A DNA stretch of 64,000 nucleotides from Octopus sinensis (Eukaryota), in contig NC_042998.1 in NCBI RefSeq assembly GCF_006345805.1, positions 7,440,001 through 7,504,000 on the forward strand, given 5' to 3'. The translations under genes and the position numbers were made by a program. Under the pieces are notes generated by a model. That model saw nothing but the letters and a program-made list of their open reading frames with translations. It did not search any database and had not been told where the DNA came from. Shown piece by piece: positions 62,250 to 64,000 of the stretch. Position 1 is the first letter of the stretch. Each line of letters starts with the position of its first letter.

Positions 62250-64000
62250 AATCCTTAAAAATGTTTTAGCCCGAAGGCGCGGCCATGCTGGGGCACCACC
62301 GCTGAATGAGCCACACTAGTTTGTGAATCCCCTCTGATACGTGGCACTTGATCAACAAGGGAGTTCGATGCTGCTGCCCGCATCCGTGTCTCCTGTCGTG
62401 AGGTAGGTTCATCTGGGACTCCCAACAAGAAGGGATCCAGTTTAGTTTTAAAGAAACCCACATCCACACCATGTAAGTCTCTCAGGCATTTAGGGAGGAT
62501 GTTGAAAAGCTGTGGTCCTCTGAAACCCAAGCTGTTGCAGTATCTGGACCTGTATTTTGATGGTGATGTTGGAATCCTTGGCACCACGCAGCGGCGCCCC
62601 GTTCTGCGGTTGGAGTAACTTTGAATGCCAAAGTTTGGGATAAGACCCTCCAGGATTTTCCAGATTATATTATATCTCATATCTCTCCCGCCTCCGCTCC
62701 AGGGAGAAGAGGTTTAATACTTCAGTCTTTCCCAGTAGCTGACATTTTGCATTGAGACGATTTTCTTTGTGTAGCTTCTCTGAGTTGCTTCGAGTTCTGC
62801 TGTTTGTTTTATATTGTGTGTGACCAAAGTTGGGAGCAGTAGTCCAAGCGGCTGAGGACAAATGTTTTCCATAGGACCATCAGTGTCCCTTCTCTCTTGT
62901 TCTGAAAGTTCGGAGAATCCATCCAGCTAGCCGTCTGCATTTTATCACCAGATTAGCAATATGCATTTGGAAATGCATCATTGCTCATGTCAATGCCCAG
63001 GTCACGCACTGATTTTGACTCAGGGATGCAATTCTTCCTGGGCCAGTGTATCCAGTCTTCACACGTCATTTACCTTTGTGTGCCAGTAGCGCAGGGCCTG
63101 GAACTTACCTGCATTACTGCATGTTGTTGTCCTCAGCCCACCTGTATATTGTGTCCAGCTCATGTTGCAGATGCGCAATATTTTCAGGGTTCTGTTTGCG
63201 TGGGAGACCTTTGTGTCATCTGCATAGCTAGCAAGGTGGTCATCGTACAACTGAAGGCATGTCTGAAAGGGCCACTATGAACATCAGTGGCCCCAAGACA
63301 GTGCCCTGTGGGACACCGCTTGTTATTTGCGTTTCCCTGGAGGTGGCTCCATTGCTCACAACTGCCTTTTCTGTCTTTTAGGAAGTTGTGCAGCCACTCT
63401 CCAAGTTTCCCGCCTATGCCGAGACCACGCAGTTTATGACAGATCATACCATGGTCGACTTTATCAAAGCTTTTGCAAAGTCAAGATATATTACATCCAC
63501 ATTTGAGCCATTTAGTAGCTGTTTCAACACCCAGTCATAGTGCTGCAGGAGCTGTGTTAGGCAGCCTCTACCTGGTCGAAATCCATGCTGGGTGTCAGAC
63601 AGTAAGTCATTTTCTTCAAGGAACATGATTAGTTTTCTACGGACTATTCGTTCCATGACTTTGCTGATGTGTGAGGTCAGAGAGATAGGCCTATAATTTT
63701 TAGCATCTGCTCTGCTACCTCCCTTATGGATAGGGCATATTACCCCCTTTCAGTTTGACTGGGAGCTTACCACTTGCAAGAAAGCTCTGAAAAAGAAGCT
63801 GTAGCGGTTTTGCAAGGGCTCGTTTGCACGATTTGAGAAGGATCGCTGGGAATCCATCAGGTCCAGCAGCTGAGTTTGTGTCAATCTCATCAATGGCTAG
63901 TGTGATATCATCTTCTTCGATGTTGATGTACTCAATTTTTGTCTCTTGGCCGCTGGTAAAGTGGCAAAGAATTCTTCTGGGTTGTTACTTGCCTGTGTCC
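62250..64000 (-). pseudogene. CR1/Jockey-group LINE RT, heavily frameshifted, running off the window
   Basis: QHGFRPGRGCLTQLL, YLDFAKA, SYADDTK, SLERRRER, GPQLFNILP motifs spread over different frames. Confidence 0.85.

Overview
AT-rich, repeat-dense animal genomic DNA with long (TA)/(CA) microsatellites. The SINE, RTE, Penelope and Helitron repertoire looks cephalopod (octopus-like); this is an inference from recalled repeat families. The only host gene I can support is the last two coding exons of a RasGRF-type Ras-GEF (1495-1563 and 6448-6564, + strand), followed by a repeat-poor putative 3' UTR. The rest is transposon-derived: a young 5'-inverted Penelope-like element (RT + GIY-YIG), CR1- and RTE-type LINE pieces, at least four tRNA-derived SINE families, non-autonomous Helitrons, mariner/pogo/piggyBac/Merlin-like DNA elements and a 32-bp GC-rich tandem array. 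Most ORF-track entries are microsatellite or SINE artefacts. Most notable: (1) many type I hammerhead-ribozyme motifs, including a canonical one in a 495-nt direct-repeat unit inside the RasGRF last intron and variants with apparently compensatory core 3-8 pairs (C-G, U-A, possibly G-C); (2) about ten fold-back palindromes that look like minimal inverted Penelope ends; (3) a composite Helitron carrying foreign sequence, nested inside a MITE. All coordinates were read by eye and repeat boundaries are approximate.
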